From NCBI GenBank assembly GCA_035653615.1, contig DASRBN010000002.1:1-64000 (forward strand): a DNA stretch of 64,000 bases. The letters are read 5' to 3'. Every line of letters starts with the position of its first letter. Positions within the stretch are counted from its first letter, which is position 1. This stretch comes from Ktedonobacteraceae bacterium. Lineage in GTDB: Bacteria; Chloroflexota; Ktedonobacteria; Ktedonobacterales; Ktedonobacteraceae. Position numbers and translations under genes: made by a program. Shown here piece after piece: positions 1 through 8,950 of this stretch. Under the pieces are notes generated by a model, which saw only the letters and a list, made by a program, of their open reading frames with translations, was not told the DNA's origin and ran no database searches.

Positions 1-1268
1 CGCACCAGTTGACCGGCCTCTACAGCCTGGGTGCCACCTGCTCGAACCAGACGGGGCAGGGTTACGCCACGAGCTACGACCAGTGGGGCAACGTCACCGG
101 TCGCACCTACAGCGGCACCACCGGCACGCTGACCTATGACATTTTGGATCACCTGACGCAATGGTACGTCAGTAGCAGCAACCAGGAGCAGTACCTCTAC
201 GATGCCTCCGGCAATCGCGTGCTGCGCCGTTCCACCAACAACACCGGTACCACCCTCATCGTCTACCCCTTTGGCCTGGAGGAACACCAGTATAGCGGCA
301 GTGGCACCAACCAGTGGAACACCTATTACTATTTCCTGGGCAGCCGCTTAATTGGGGATCTGGACGCCAACAACACCTACTTCCTGCTGACTGACGCGCT
401 GGGCAGCATCCTCTCGGAGATCAGCTGGTCAGCAGGTGGGGCCTCGGTGCAAGGCAACCAACTCTTCGGGCCGTATGGCAACGGACGCTACTCTGCGGGC
501 AGCATCAACACGGCCAAGGGTTTTATCGGACAGTACAACGATGGCTTGACCGGGTTCGATTACTTCCACGCGCGCTATTATGACCCGGTAGCGGGAGTCT
601 TCCTCTCGGCGGACAAGGTGCAGGGGAACTGGCAGGGGATGAATCCGTATGGCTATGTGGATGGGAACCCGGAGACCAGGAGTGATCCAACCGGCAAGAT
701 GATCGAGGGGCAAAACGGCGAGTATGGTAATATCGATTCGCAGGGCAACCTGCACATCTGGGTACCCTATCCCTCCTATGGTAGCGGACAAGGCTACATC
801 TATCGCACCTACTTCTATACCCATGCGCAGCTCCAACAGCCGGCTCAGGATACCTCAGGGCCTTCGAGCTGGCAGAAGCTCATGGATGCCTTAGGTATTA
901 CCGACATTGAAAATACCTTCACTGACCCGAATGCCACTTTCTGGGATAAATTCGGAGCGGTGGCAGGAGCAGTTCTCAACGATGCCAATAATCTCCTGCT
1001 GGCCGGCTCCATCCTGTTCGGTGGTCCAGAGTTGGCAGGAACCGAAGAAAGGCAGGTGGGAGGTGCGGAGATATTGACTGAAGGTGGCGAGGAAGCATTA
1101 ATTCAAGGAGGTGAGGAAGCGCTCGCTCAAAGCGAAGAGGAAGTACTCCTTGTTCTAGAAAAGTGCTTTAAGGGTATTTTGAGACCAGTGATAATAACGG
1201 CCTTCCACCCCGGCTCAATTTGTTTCCATTCATCATCGTGTCCCCGGATTTTCGCCCCGGCTCTGTAA
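1..1268 (+). CDS. RHS/YD-repeat family protein, C-terminal part (5' partial) with variable polymorphic-toxin tip
   Basis: The ORF is open to the window edge. It has YD-like segments (YDASGNRV, YYYFLGSRLIGDLDANNTYF). The canonical RHS core terminus is ARYYDPVAGVFLSADKV...GMNPYGYVDGNPETRSDPTG. About 190 aa of unrecognisable C-terminal sequence follows, with EGGEEALIQGGEEALAQSEEE repeats and an odd hydrophobic/Cys tail. Confidence 0.75.
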   Translation, partial: HQLTGLYSLGATCSNQTGQGYATSYDQWGNVTGRTYSGTTGTLTYDILDHLTQWYVSSSNQEQYLYDASGNRVLRRSTNNTGTTLIVYPFGLEEHQYSGSGTNQWNTYYYFLGSRLIGDLDANNTYFLLTDALGSILSEISWSAGGASVQGNQLFGPYGNGRYSAGSINTAKGFIGQYNDGLTGFDYFHARYYDPVAGVFLSADKVQGNWQGMNPYGYVDGNPETRSDPTGKMIEGQNGEYGNIDSQGNLHIWVPYPSYGSGQGYIYRTYFYTHAQLQQPAQDTSGPSSWQKLMDALGITDIENTFTDPNATFWDKFGAVAGAVLNDANNLLLAGSILFGGPELAGTEERQVGGAEILTEGGEEALIQGGEEALAQSEEEVLLVLEKCFKGILRPVIITAFHPGSICFHSSSCPRIFAPAL

Positions 1269-1395
1269 TGTTTCCGTCACGATTCTGTCACGACTGATCT
1301 GTATGCTTTCTCCAGAAGAAAAAAATCACCTCATTCCTGATGTGCTGGATCAGTGAACTTTCAATGAGGGAGATGTACAGTGAAAGGAAAATCTC

Positions 1396-2655
1396 ATGTC
1401 TTACCCACGCCTGCGTTCTGTTGTCCTGCTGAGCGCTTTCTTGATCATGCTGCTGCTGGCAAGTGCTCCCAGCGCTTTCGCCAGAAGCCTGCACAGTAAT
1501 TTTCCGCTGGGCTGTCCTTCGATTACCAGCTTCACACCCAGCAGTGGAGCGCCCGGAACCCCAGTCACGCTGACCGGTTGTGGCTTTACTGGCTCGACCA
1601 GCGTTACCTTTCACGGCGTTGTGGCCAGTTTCGTCGTCAATTCGGACACCCAGATCACGGCCACGGTGCCCGTTGGGGCCACCAGCGGCGTGATCGCCGT
1701 TTACACCCCCACGAAGACCGTCAAGAGTCCTGGCAAGTTCATCGTGCTGAAGGCCTCGGCCTCGATCACGCTCTCGCCGACCGTTGGCCCGCCGACCAGT
1801 TCGATCACCGTGACCGGTAGTGGCTTCAGCAAGAATAAGGCGGTCGATGTCTACTTCGACACCTCTGACGAAGCGCTAGCAGGGACCGACGGCCAGGGGG
1901 CGTTCTCCATCACCATCACCGTGCCTGCTGATGCCGTACCCGGCACGCACACGGTGAGCGCGGTGCAGCGCTACACGGGACTCACGGCCCAGGCCTCGTT
2001 CCTGGTGCAGACCAACTGGGACGAGTTCGGCTACAACCTCCAGCACAGCGGCACCAATCCCTACGAAAACGTCCTCAACCCCTCCAACGTCTCCGGTCTG
2101 GGCCTCGACTGGACTGCTGCGACCGGAGATGACGTCGCCTCCGTGCCGGCTGTGGTCAACGGGGTGGTCTATGTCGGCTCCTATGATGACAACCTGTATG
2201 CCTTTAACGCTCAAACGGGAGCCGAGCTATGGAAGGCCGCAACTGGCAGTCTCGTCCTCTCCTCGCCGGCGGTGGCCAACGGGGTGGTCTATGCCGGCTC
2301 CTATGATGGCAACCTGTACGCCTTTAATGCAGTGCATGGTTCCCTGTTGTGGAAAGCCCCGGTCGGCACTTCCATCGCCTCCTCACCCGCCATAGCTAAC
2401 GGGGTGGTCTATGTCGGCTCAATAGATGGCAACCTCTATGCGTTCAATGCACAGACGGGAAGCGAGTTATGGTTCGCCGCGACCGGCAATAGCATCTACT
2501 CCTCACCGGCTGTGGCCAACGGGGTGGTCTATATTGGCTCGTCGGATGACAACCTGTATGCCTATGCCTTGCCAATCCAGCATCGCGCGCAGCCTCCGGC
2601 TCGACCTAATCCCGCGCAGTTGCATCCCAACCTGAAGCTTCGTCCGCAGTCCTGA
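1396..2655 (+). CDS. Secreted IPT/TIG-domain + PQQ-like beta-propeller repeat protein
   Basis: N-terminal signal peptide (MSYPRLRSVVLLSAFLIMLLLASAPSAFA). IPT/TIG-like segments (ITSFTPSSGAPGTPVTLTGCGF.., ITLSPTVGPPTSSITVTGSGF). Five VVNGVVYVGSYDDNLYAFNAQTGAELWKA-type PQQ repeats. Confidence 0.7.
   Translation: MSYPRLRSVVLLSAFLIMLLLASAPSAFARSLHSNFPLGCPSITSFTPSSGAPGTPVTLTGCGFTGSTSVTFHGVVASFVVNSDTQITATVPVGATSGVIAVYTPTKTVKSPGKFIVLKASASITLSPTVGPPTSSITVTGSGFSKNKAVDVYFDTSDEALAGTDGQGAFSITITVPADAVPGTHTVSAVQRYTGLTAQASFLVQTNWDEFGYNLQHSGTNPYENVLNPSNVSGLGLDWTAATGDDVASVPAVVNGVVYVGSYDDNLYAFNAQTGAELWKAATGSLVLSSPAVANGVVYAGSYDGNLYAFNAVHGSLLWKAPVGTSIASSPAIANGVVYVGSIDGNLYAFNAQTGSELWFAATGNSIYSSPAVANGVVYIGSSDDNLYAYALPIQHRAQPPARPNPAQLHPNLKLRPQS
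2141..2580 (+). repeat. Intragenic tandem DNA repeats, period 120 bp, 4 near-identical units encoding PQQ blades
   Basis: Units begin at about 2141, 2261, 2381 and 2501. They share the core ggccaacggggtggtctatgtcggctcctatgatgacaacctgtatgcctttaa with few substitutions. Confidence 0.7.
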
Positions 2656-2948
2656 AGATCAGGGGGCCTGCTTAACCAAGCGTCCTGGCTCCAATCAGGC
2701 AATGTAGTGGCGCAACTATGTTGTTCAACAACATAGTTCAGCAATCCCGCAAAGCCGATGAATCGGCGGTGGGCGCGATCAATCGGCCCCTACGCGGCTT
2801 CGCCGCGGGAATGCCCGTAGGCCCCGATTGATCGCGGGCAGCGCCGATTTATCGGCCTCCGTGGATTCCCAGTATAATTTGTTCATCTCCATAATCGGGC
2901 CTCCACAATCAGGTGCTTGTTATGGCTATATGAACAGGCAAATGCCTG

Positions 2949-4289
2949 TTATGAACTCGTAACGCCTGTAAAGTTAAAGCGTGCGATGCGCAGGGCGGGA
3001 GCCAGCACCGGAATGTAATCGCGGCACTGGATGCGCTCGCGGCCTATGGCCTGCACGTCGCGCAGGGCATCGAGAATGCTTTGTGTGAAGCGAAAATTCT
3101 TCAAGGGGCTGCTCAGTTCGCCGTGTTCGATCAAAAAAGTGCCATCGCGCGTCATGCCGGTGAAGAGCGTTTTGACCGGGTGTACGGTGTTGGTGTAGTG
3201 GAAGCGCGTGACATAGATGCCGCGTTCGATACCCCTTATCAGTTCCTCAAGGCTTGCATCGCCCGCTTCCATCATTGTGTGCATGGGCATTGGCCCCCAG
3301 GGATTGGGCGCGGGCATGGCATGGCCGGTGTCGGTCTTTCCCTGGCGAAAAGCGGTGAACGAATCGTAGACGACGGCGGTGGCAATGCCATGATCGATCA
3401 TATCCACACGCTGCTTCGGTACGCCTTCGTAGTCGAATGCCTGCGGCAAGCCTGCCGGATCATGCCCATCATCGTAGATCGTTACCAGCGGACTGGCAAT
3501 CTGCTTGCCGAACTGACCGTTCATAAAGCTGCGCTCCTCCTGGACGGCCAGGGCGGAAAGGCCCATGAAGACCAGGTTTTGCAGCATATCCGCGACGGCA
3601 TAAGTATCGAGCACGACCGGGTATTCGCCCAGCGGAAAATCGATGGGATTGCGGCTGCGCTCGGCCTTTTGCACCGCCTCACGCGCCATGGCCTCGAAGT
3701 CGATGGTCGAGGCATCGGTTGCGAGACGCTGCGTATAGCCCGAACCCTGGGCGTCGGCCATCACGACGGCGTGGCACTCGGCCTCGGTACGCGGCTCATA
3801 GGCAAAAATGCCCAGCGAGTTCGCGACCGCCACTTCGGTGGTATCAGTCGAAAAGGCTCCGGCGGCTTCCAGGCCGCGTTCCTTCGCCAGTTGCACGATG
3901 ATTCCGACGTTGCGGGCGCGTTCTTCGGGACTATATTGAGCGGTGCGCTGGCTGTATGCTGGCGCGGCAATGATAGGCCCCGGGCCGGGCAGCGAACGAA
4001 ATTCTGGATTTTCGGGCGAGATACGCGCAATTCCCAGGGCCTGCTCCGTAACGCGGCGCAGCGATTCGTCGTCCAGGCGATTGGTTGTGGCGACTCCCGT
4101 TCTTTTGCCCACGACAGCACGCACATGCAGTTCATGGTTGCTCTCGGCCACATTTTGATGAATATGGTTGTTGGCGAAGCGCGTCAGGGCGCTCTCCGTG
4201 CCAAAATAGAGTACTTCGGTCTGTTCGGCCCTTGAATAGCCGAGAATTGTATTGAGCAAGGAACGCACTTTTGACTCATCGGCATACAT
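2949..4289 (-). CDS. pmbA: Metalloprotease TldE/PmbA
   Basis: TldD/PmbA fold motifs (FHYTNTVHPVKTLFTGMTRDGTFLIEHGEL). It lacks the HExxxH motif present in its neighbour. Start re-placed at MYADESKV (ATG 4289), 20 bp after the tldD stop. Confidence 0.8.
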   Translation of the reverse strand: MYADESKVRSLLNTILGYSRAEQTEVLYFGTESALTRFANNHIHQNVAESNHELHVRAVVGKRTGVATTNRLDDESLRRVTEQALGIARISPENPEFRSLPGPGPIIAAPAYSQRTAQYSPEERARNVGIIVQLAKERGLEAAGAFSTDTTEVAVANSLGIFAYEPRTEAECHAVVMADAQGSGYTQRLATDASTIDFEAMAREAVQKAERSRNPIDFPLGEYPVVLDTYAVADMLQNLVFMGLSALAVQEERSFMNGQFGKQIASPLVTIYDDGHDPAGLPQAFDYEGVPKQRVDMIDHGIATAVVYDSFTAFRQGKTDTGHAMPAPNPWGPMPMHTMMEAGDASLEELIRGIERGIYVTRFHYTNTVHPVKTLFTGMTRDGTFLIEHGELSSPLKNFRFTQSILDALRDVQAIGRERIQCRDYIPVLAPALRIARFNFTGVTSS

Positions 4290-4309
4290 GGTTTTGTACT
4301 CTTTCTTTT

Positions 4310-5761
4310 CTACCAGCGCCCGACGCCGACCTGGACATTGCGGAACCGCGCGGGTGCAGCCCCATGGCCGGTACGCATGACCTGCATCGGTTCGCCTTTG
4401 CCGCAGTTGGGAGTGCCCCAGACGACCCAGTGGTCGCGGTTGCAGATGGCATCGCACGAACCCCAGAACTGGGGGGTGATGCCGGTATAGGTGGCATTCT
4501 TCAAGATGCGGCCCAGCTTGCCGTGCTTGATTTCGTAGGCCAGCTCAACGCCGAACTGGAAGTTCAAGCGGCGGTCGTCGATGCTCCAACTCTTGTTGAT
4601 GCTCATGTAGATGCCATCATCAGTATCGGCAATCAGATCGTCCAGCGTCCAGGTTCCTGGTTCCAGGCTGACGTTGGTCATGCGGATCATCGGCAGGCGA
4701 TTCCAGTTGTCGGCGCGCACGCAGCCATTGCTCGTCAAACCAAGCAAGGGCGCGGTATCCCGTGACATCAAGTAGCCGGTAAAGTTGCCGTTGGTGACAA
4801 TAGCCGTGCGCTGGGCGGGCACACCCTCGTCATCCCAGCCGAAGGTGCCCAACCCGCCAGGGATGGTGGCGTCGGCGGTGATATTGACGACATCCGAGCC
4901 GTAACGAAAATGACCCAATTTATCGGTTGTCAGAAAGCTCTTGCCGACAAAGCCCGCTTCATATCCCAGCACGCGATCCAGTTCAATGGGATGGCCGCAG
5001 GATTCATGCACCTGCAGCGCGACCTGCGGCCCATCGAGTATAATGGTTGTAATACCGGAAGGGCATTGAGGAGCGGCGAGCAGCTTCACGGCCTCTTCGC
5101 CGATCCTGGCGCCATGATCTGGCAGGCGCATGACCTCAATGAATTCGTAGCCAGAGGTTCCCGCCTGGCGACCGAAGGAATTAGGGTAAGAGCGCGTCTG
5201 TATCTCGCTGCTCGTGGGATCGACGGCGCTGGCATCAATGGCCGCGCCTATGTCGAACAGTTCCTGCTCGACCTCGCTGCCCTCTGAACTGACGAACAGC
5301 TTGCGCTCGCGGGCATACTCCATGTTGGCGCTGGTCAACGCCACGCCCTGCACGCTGCGCATAGCGGCATCGGCAGCGAGCAACAACTCTACTTTCTGGT
5401 TGAGGGGAACGGCAAAAGGGTCTTTTTGCATGGGCGTGCGGTAGAAGCCGTGCTGCGGAGCAAGCGGGGAGAGGCGCACCGGCTCGCCCGCCACAAGAGC
5501 GCTGGCGCGGGCAATCTGCACGGCCTGCCGCGCGACGTGTTCGGCCTCCGCATCATCCATGCGAGCGCTGCTGGCGAAGCCCCAGGCGCCATCCACAATG
5601 ACGCGCACATTGAAGCCACTGCTCGTACCGCTCGCGACTCCCTCGACATTGCCATTCTTGACGACGATGCCCTCGGTAGTGCGTTCCATAACGCGCACAT
5701 CGACATAGCTCGCACCAAGTTGCTGGGCGATATTCAACGCCCGGTTTGCTATATCACGCAT
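4310..5761 (-). CDS. tldD: Metalloprotease TldD
   Basis: N-terminus MRDIANRALNIAQQLGASYVDVRV. Catalytic motif HESCGHPIELD. Same-strand pair with pmbA. Confidence 0.85.
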   Translation of the reverse strand: MRDIANRALNIAQQLGASYVDVRVMERTTEGIVVKNGNVEGVASGTSSGFNVRVIVDGAWGFASSARMDDAEAEHVARQAVQIARASALVAGEPVRLSPLAPQHGFYRTPMQKDPFAVPLNQKVELLLAADAAMRSVQGVALTSANMEYARERKLFVSSEGSEVEQELFDIGAAIDASAVDPTSSEIQTRSYPNSFGRQAGTSGYEFIEVMRLPDHGARIGEEAVKLLAAPQCPSGITTIILDGPQVALQVHESCGHPIELDRVLGYEAGFVGKSFLTTDKLGHFRYGSDVVNITADATIPGGLGTFGWDDEGVPAQRTAIVTNGNFTGYLMSRDTAPLLGLTSNGCVRADNWNRLPMIRMTNVSLEPGTWTLDDLIADTDDGIYMSINKSWSIDDRRLNFQFGVELAYEIKHGKLGRILKNATYTGITPQFWGSCDAICNRDHWVVWGTPNCGKGEPMQVMRTGHGAAPARFRNVQVGVGRW

Positions 5762-5900
5762 AAAACACTTCTTTTCATCTTCAAAAAATAGATTTCAACA
5801 ACGTTTGTATTGTACGCATTTTACGAATGGCTGTCCAGCAGGGCTATTTAACAGTCCTGCTGAATTTTGACACGCAAAATCAGTAATCTGAGCGGTCCCG

Positions 5901-5984
5901 GGCGTGTCATTCTGAGCGCAGCGAAGAATCTGCCTGCATTCATCGGCCCGGAGATTCTTCGCTGCGCTCAGAATGACATGGCCG
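5901..5984. repeat. Palindromic repeat element, copy 1 (inverted pair of 27-nt core TGTCATTCTGAGCGCAGCGAAGAATCT with ~16-nt spacer)
   Basis: gcgTGTCATTCTGAGCGCAGCGAAGAATCTgcc ...spacer... gAGATTCTTCGCTGCGCTCAGAATGACAtggc. The same core recurs at 10776–10896 and 53251–53413. Confidence 0.8.
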
Positions 5985-6282
5985 ACTTTGATTGGTAAAA
6001 CTCATTATCAGAACGTCCTTTGGTCTGATGAATAGAATGATAGAAAGTGGGAAGCAATTCACATTTCATAGGATAAAAAAGAACTATACAAACGTTTATT
6101 TTTCGGTTATTCTATTGCTGACATGATAAATTCTATACATTTAGCTTATCAAGAAAGGAGCATTGCCAAAGACTTTTTCTATATCCTTCTACCTTCTACG
6201 TATTGTTTGTTTTATTAGCTTATTCTATCCAGCCAGGTCAAAAGGATTGTGCGATCTGGCCAAGTAGACGGAGAGTTTTCAG

Positions 6283-8061
6283 ATGATTCAAGCCCCACAC
6301 AATTCCCATAGGCGACCAACCCTGGGCGCGTTGGCGCTGTTGCTCATCACATTCATCCTGGTGAGTTGCGGTGGCTCCAATTCAAGCACGCAGCCTACAC
6401 CAACCCCCCCATCGCTGGTCCAATTTAGCCCGGTTACGGTGAACATTCCCCCCGCCGCGCTCAATTCGCCTGTGACAGGCCCATTACCCGATACCACCAT
6501 TTTACATGTAGACCTGACATTCAAGGCGAACATAAGCCACCAGGGCCAGTTGAATAAGACCGGCTCGGGCAAAGGACAGGACCTTGAAAAAGAGGCAAAT
6601 TCAATTGGCATCAGCGATGCGACCTACCAGCAGATCAAGGCTTTTCTTGGCATTCAGGATGCTAAGCTGACGCTGAGCAAGCTGCACACCGACCTGAAGG
6701 TCGATGCGAAGGCGAAGACCATCGCGTCGCTATTCCAGACGCACTTCGTGATCCACAAATACCAGGGCCGCACCTTCTATGCGCCGACAACGACGCCAAA
6801 GCTGCCCACATTTATCGTAAACCAGCTGATCACGGTGACCGGACTCGATAACTATGGTATGCCCTTCCATACAGGATCAGTGTTTAACAAGGTCATCCCG
6901 CTCACCAGCCATACTCAGGGACAGGCAAAAGCGGATTGCAATCCGCCGAACAACCAGGTATTCCCCAAGGATGTCGCGGATGCCTATGGGTATGCTCCAT
7001 TCTACCAGAACGGTTACCATGGCGAAAACCTGACGATTAACCTCGTGGAGATCGACGGGGCCACCGCGAACGATATTCAGAACTACGGGCAGTGCGTCGG
7101 ATTTCAAGGCCATATCGCGGTGAAGGATGTTGATGGCACACCCACCCAGGCCGAGGGTGAATCGGTACTGGATATCGAAATGATCGAGGGCCTGGATCGC
7201 AATGCCAACATCATCGACTATGAAACCGGTACGCCATCATCTGCCAGCCTGATAGATGAGCTGCAGCAAATCGTTGACGACAACACGAATAATGCCGGCG
7301 TAGGCAATGTCGTGAGCATCAGCCTGGGAGCAGTCGAAAGCGCTGAAACGCTGAATGATCTGAAGGCGCTCGATCAACGCCTGAGCATGCTGACACAGGT
7401 CGAGCATATGACGGTTTTCGTCTCCAGTGGAGACTGCGGCGCTTTTGCCGATGGCATCTATCAGAGCTTTTCTGTGCAATTCCCAACGACCGATCCAAAC
7501 GTCGTTTCTGTTGGTGGTACCGTGCTACACATCGATAACCAGGGCAATCGCACAGATGAGATCGTCTGGTCCGACAACTCGGACTTAAGCAAATGCACGA
7601 ACTCCTGGGGCAGCGGCGGCGGCAGCAGCAACTACTTCCCCCAGCCTTCGTGGCAAACTGGCCCCGGCGTGCAGAACGACGCTTCACGCGGGTTCCGCCA
7701 GATACCTGATGTCTCCGCGGTAGCGGCGAACCTGGCCTTCTACTTCGGAGGGCAATGGGTAACCTTCCCTGATGGCGAGGGCGGTGGCGGCGGCACAAGC
7801 GCGGCAGCTCCCATCTGGGCCTCGGGTATGTTGCTGGTCAATGAGGCATTGATACAACGCTATCACGTCTTTTTCTACGGACCCAGCCTGTTCTATTACG
7901 TCGCAAATCATGCAGGCAATCACCCGGCCTTCTACGACGTGACACAGGGGAACAATCTGGGGTTCAACGCGACTCCAGGGTGGGATTTCGCGACAGGATT
8001 GGGCACGCCCAACCTGGTGAATTTCTACAACGCTCTAGCCTCGGTCGCCAGCCAGGGCTGA
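6283..8061 (+). CDS. S53 sedolisin/kumamolisin-family serine-carboxyl peptidase, lipoprotein precursor
   Basis: Signal peptide with lipobox (LLLITFILVSCGGS). N-terminal pro-domain-like region. Catalytic Ser motif GGTSAAAPIWASG and SGDCGAF. Confidence 0.7.
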   Translation: MIQAPHNSHRRPTLGALALLLITFILVSCGGSNSSTQPTPTPPSLVQFSPVTVNIPPAALNSPVTGPLPDTTILHVDLTFKANISHQGQLNKTGSGKGQDLEKEANSIGISDATYQQIKAFLGIQDAKLTLSKLHTDLKVDAKAKTIASLFQTHFVIHKYQGRTFYAPTTTPKLPTFIVNQLITVTGLDNYGMPFHTGSVFNKVIPLTSHTQGQAKADCNPPNNQVFPKDVADAYGYAPFYQNGYHGENLTINLVEIDGATANDIQNYGQCVGFQGHIAVKDVDGTPTQAEGESVLDIEMIEGLDRNANIIDYETGTPSSASLIDELQQIVDDNTNNAGVGNVVSISLGAVESAETLNDLKALDQRLSMLTQVEHMTVFVSSGDCGAFADGIYQSFSVQFPTTDPNVVSVGGTVLHIDNQGNRTDEIVWSDNSDLSKCTNSWGSGGGSSNYFPQPSWQTGPGVQNDASRGFRQIPDVSAVAANLAFYFGGQWVTFPDGEGGGGGTSAAAPIWASGMLLVNEALIQRYHVFFYGPSLFYYVANHAGNHPAFYDVTQGNNLGFNATPGWDFATGLGTPNLVNFYNALASVASQG

Positions 8062-8077
8062 TCAATGTCAATGCGAT

Positions 8078-8117
8078 GAAAAGAAATACGCGTCCGGGCG
8101 GGCGCGTATTTCTTTTC
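8078..8117. terminator. Bidirectional intrinsic terminator (15-bp perfect stem) between convergent S53 protease and LuxR regulator genes
   Basis: gaaaagaaatacgcg-tccgggcggg-cgcgtatttcttttc. A/T runs lie on both sides. Confidence 0.7.
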
Positions 8118-8127
8118 ATCAGCTATT

Positions 8128-8808
8128 TCATATAATCTTGCGTTCTCGTGCGAGATTCGCCGCCTGCGTGCGATTCCCGGCATGGAGTTTGCCCAATATA
8201 TTGGAGACGTGGTTTTTGACGGTTCCTTCAGCCAGTACAAGCCTTTCGGCTATTTCGCGATTGCTGGCTCCGGCGGCGAGCAATTTGAGAACCTCAATTT
8301 CGCGCGCGCTCAATTCCTCTTCGGCTACACCGCTAGATGATGGCGAGACGGAACGCGTTCCCCTGCGACCATATTCCACAAGCAATTTGCTGGCGACCTT
8401 GGGCTGGATGAACGGCTCGCCTGCATAGACTTTGCGGATGGTAGCGGTGAGTTCACCGGCGGGCACATCTTTGAGCAGGTAGCCCATGGCTCCGGCCTTG
8501 ATGGCCTCGAAGACGTAGTCTTCATAGTCAAAGGTGGTAAGAATGATGACCCTGGCGCCTGGATGCGCGGTGGTGATGGCAGCCGTCGCCTGGACGCCGT
8601 TTTTACGCGGCATCTGGATATCCATGAGGACGATGTCGGGCGCGCGCCCCTGCTTTTGCAGTTCGTTGTACTTTTGAATAGCCTCTTCGCCATTGGCAGC
8701 TTCGGCCACGACCTCAAGGCCAGGCTCGAGTTCGAGAACGGTATGCAAACCCTCGCGCATCAGCGTCTGGTCTTCGCACAGCAAGATATGAATGACCTTT
8801 TCGCGCAT
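8128..8808 (-). CDS. NarL/FixJ (LuxR)-family response regulator, orphan
   Basis: REC domain (ILLCEDQTLMREGLHTVLE...DIVLMDIQMP) plus C-terminal LuxR HTH (LSAREIEVLKLLAAGASNREIAERLVLAEGTVKNHVSNILGKL). Start re-placed at MREKVIH (ATG 8808). No kinase is adjacent. Confidence 0.85.
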   Translation of the reverse strand: MREKVIHILLCEDQTLMREGLHTVLELEPGLEVVAEAANGEEAIQKYNELQKQGRAPDIVLMDIQMPRKNGVQATAAITTAHPGARVIILTTFDYEDYVFEAIKAGAMGYLLKDVPAGELTATIRKVYAGEPFIQPKVASKLLVEYGRRGTRSVSPSSSGVAEEELSAREIEVLKLLAAGASNREIAERLVLAEGTVKNHVSNILGKLHAGNRTQAANLARERKII

Positions 8809-8950
8809 AACATATCCTCCCTGATTTATATTTGTTATGAGTCTACACTTTTGTAGCGCAGGAAGCAAGAGCGGCTCAGGTATCCGGCGCGTCTCACACC
8901 AAAAGTGATATATTATATATATAAGGACATGAATTTCAGGGCATCGGGCG

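Noticed and set aside
1288-1614. 108-aa minus-strand ORF overlapping the start of the PQQ-repeat gene
   Set aside because: It overlaps the signal-peptide-coding region of a well-supported gene. It has low-complexity translation and no RBS.
3081-4235. Large plus-strand ORFs (384 aa, 164 aa and others) antisense to pmbA and tldD, and similar long antisense ORFs inside ftsW (42622–43746), ftsZ (50070–51023), rel (19025–19693) and the 1177-aa gene
   Set aside because: They are shadow ORFs typical of high-GC DNA. They are low-complexity and Arg/Ala/Pro-rich, with no RBS and no domain. The opposite strand carries unambiguous homologues.
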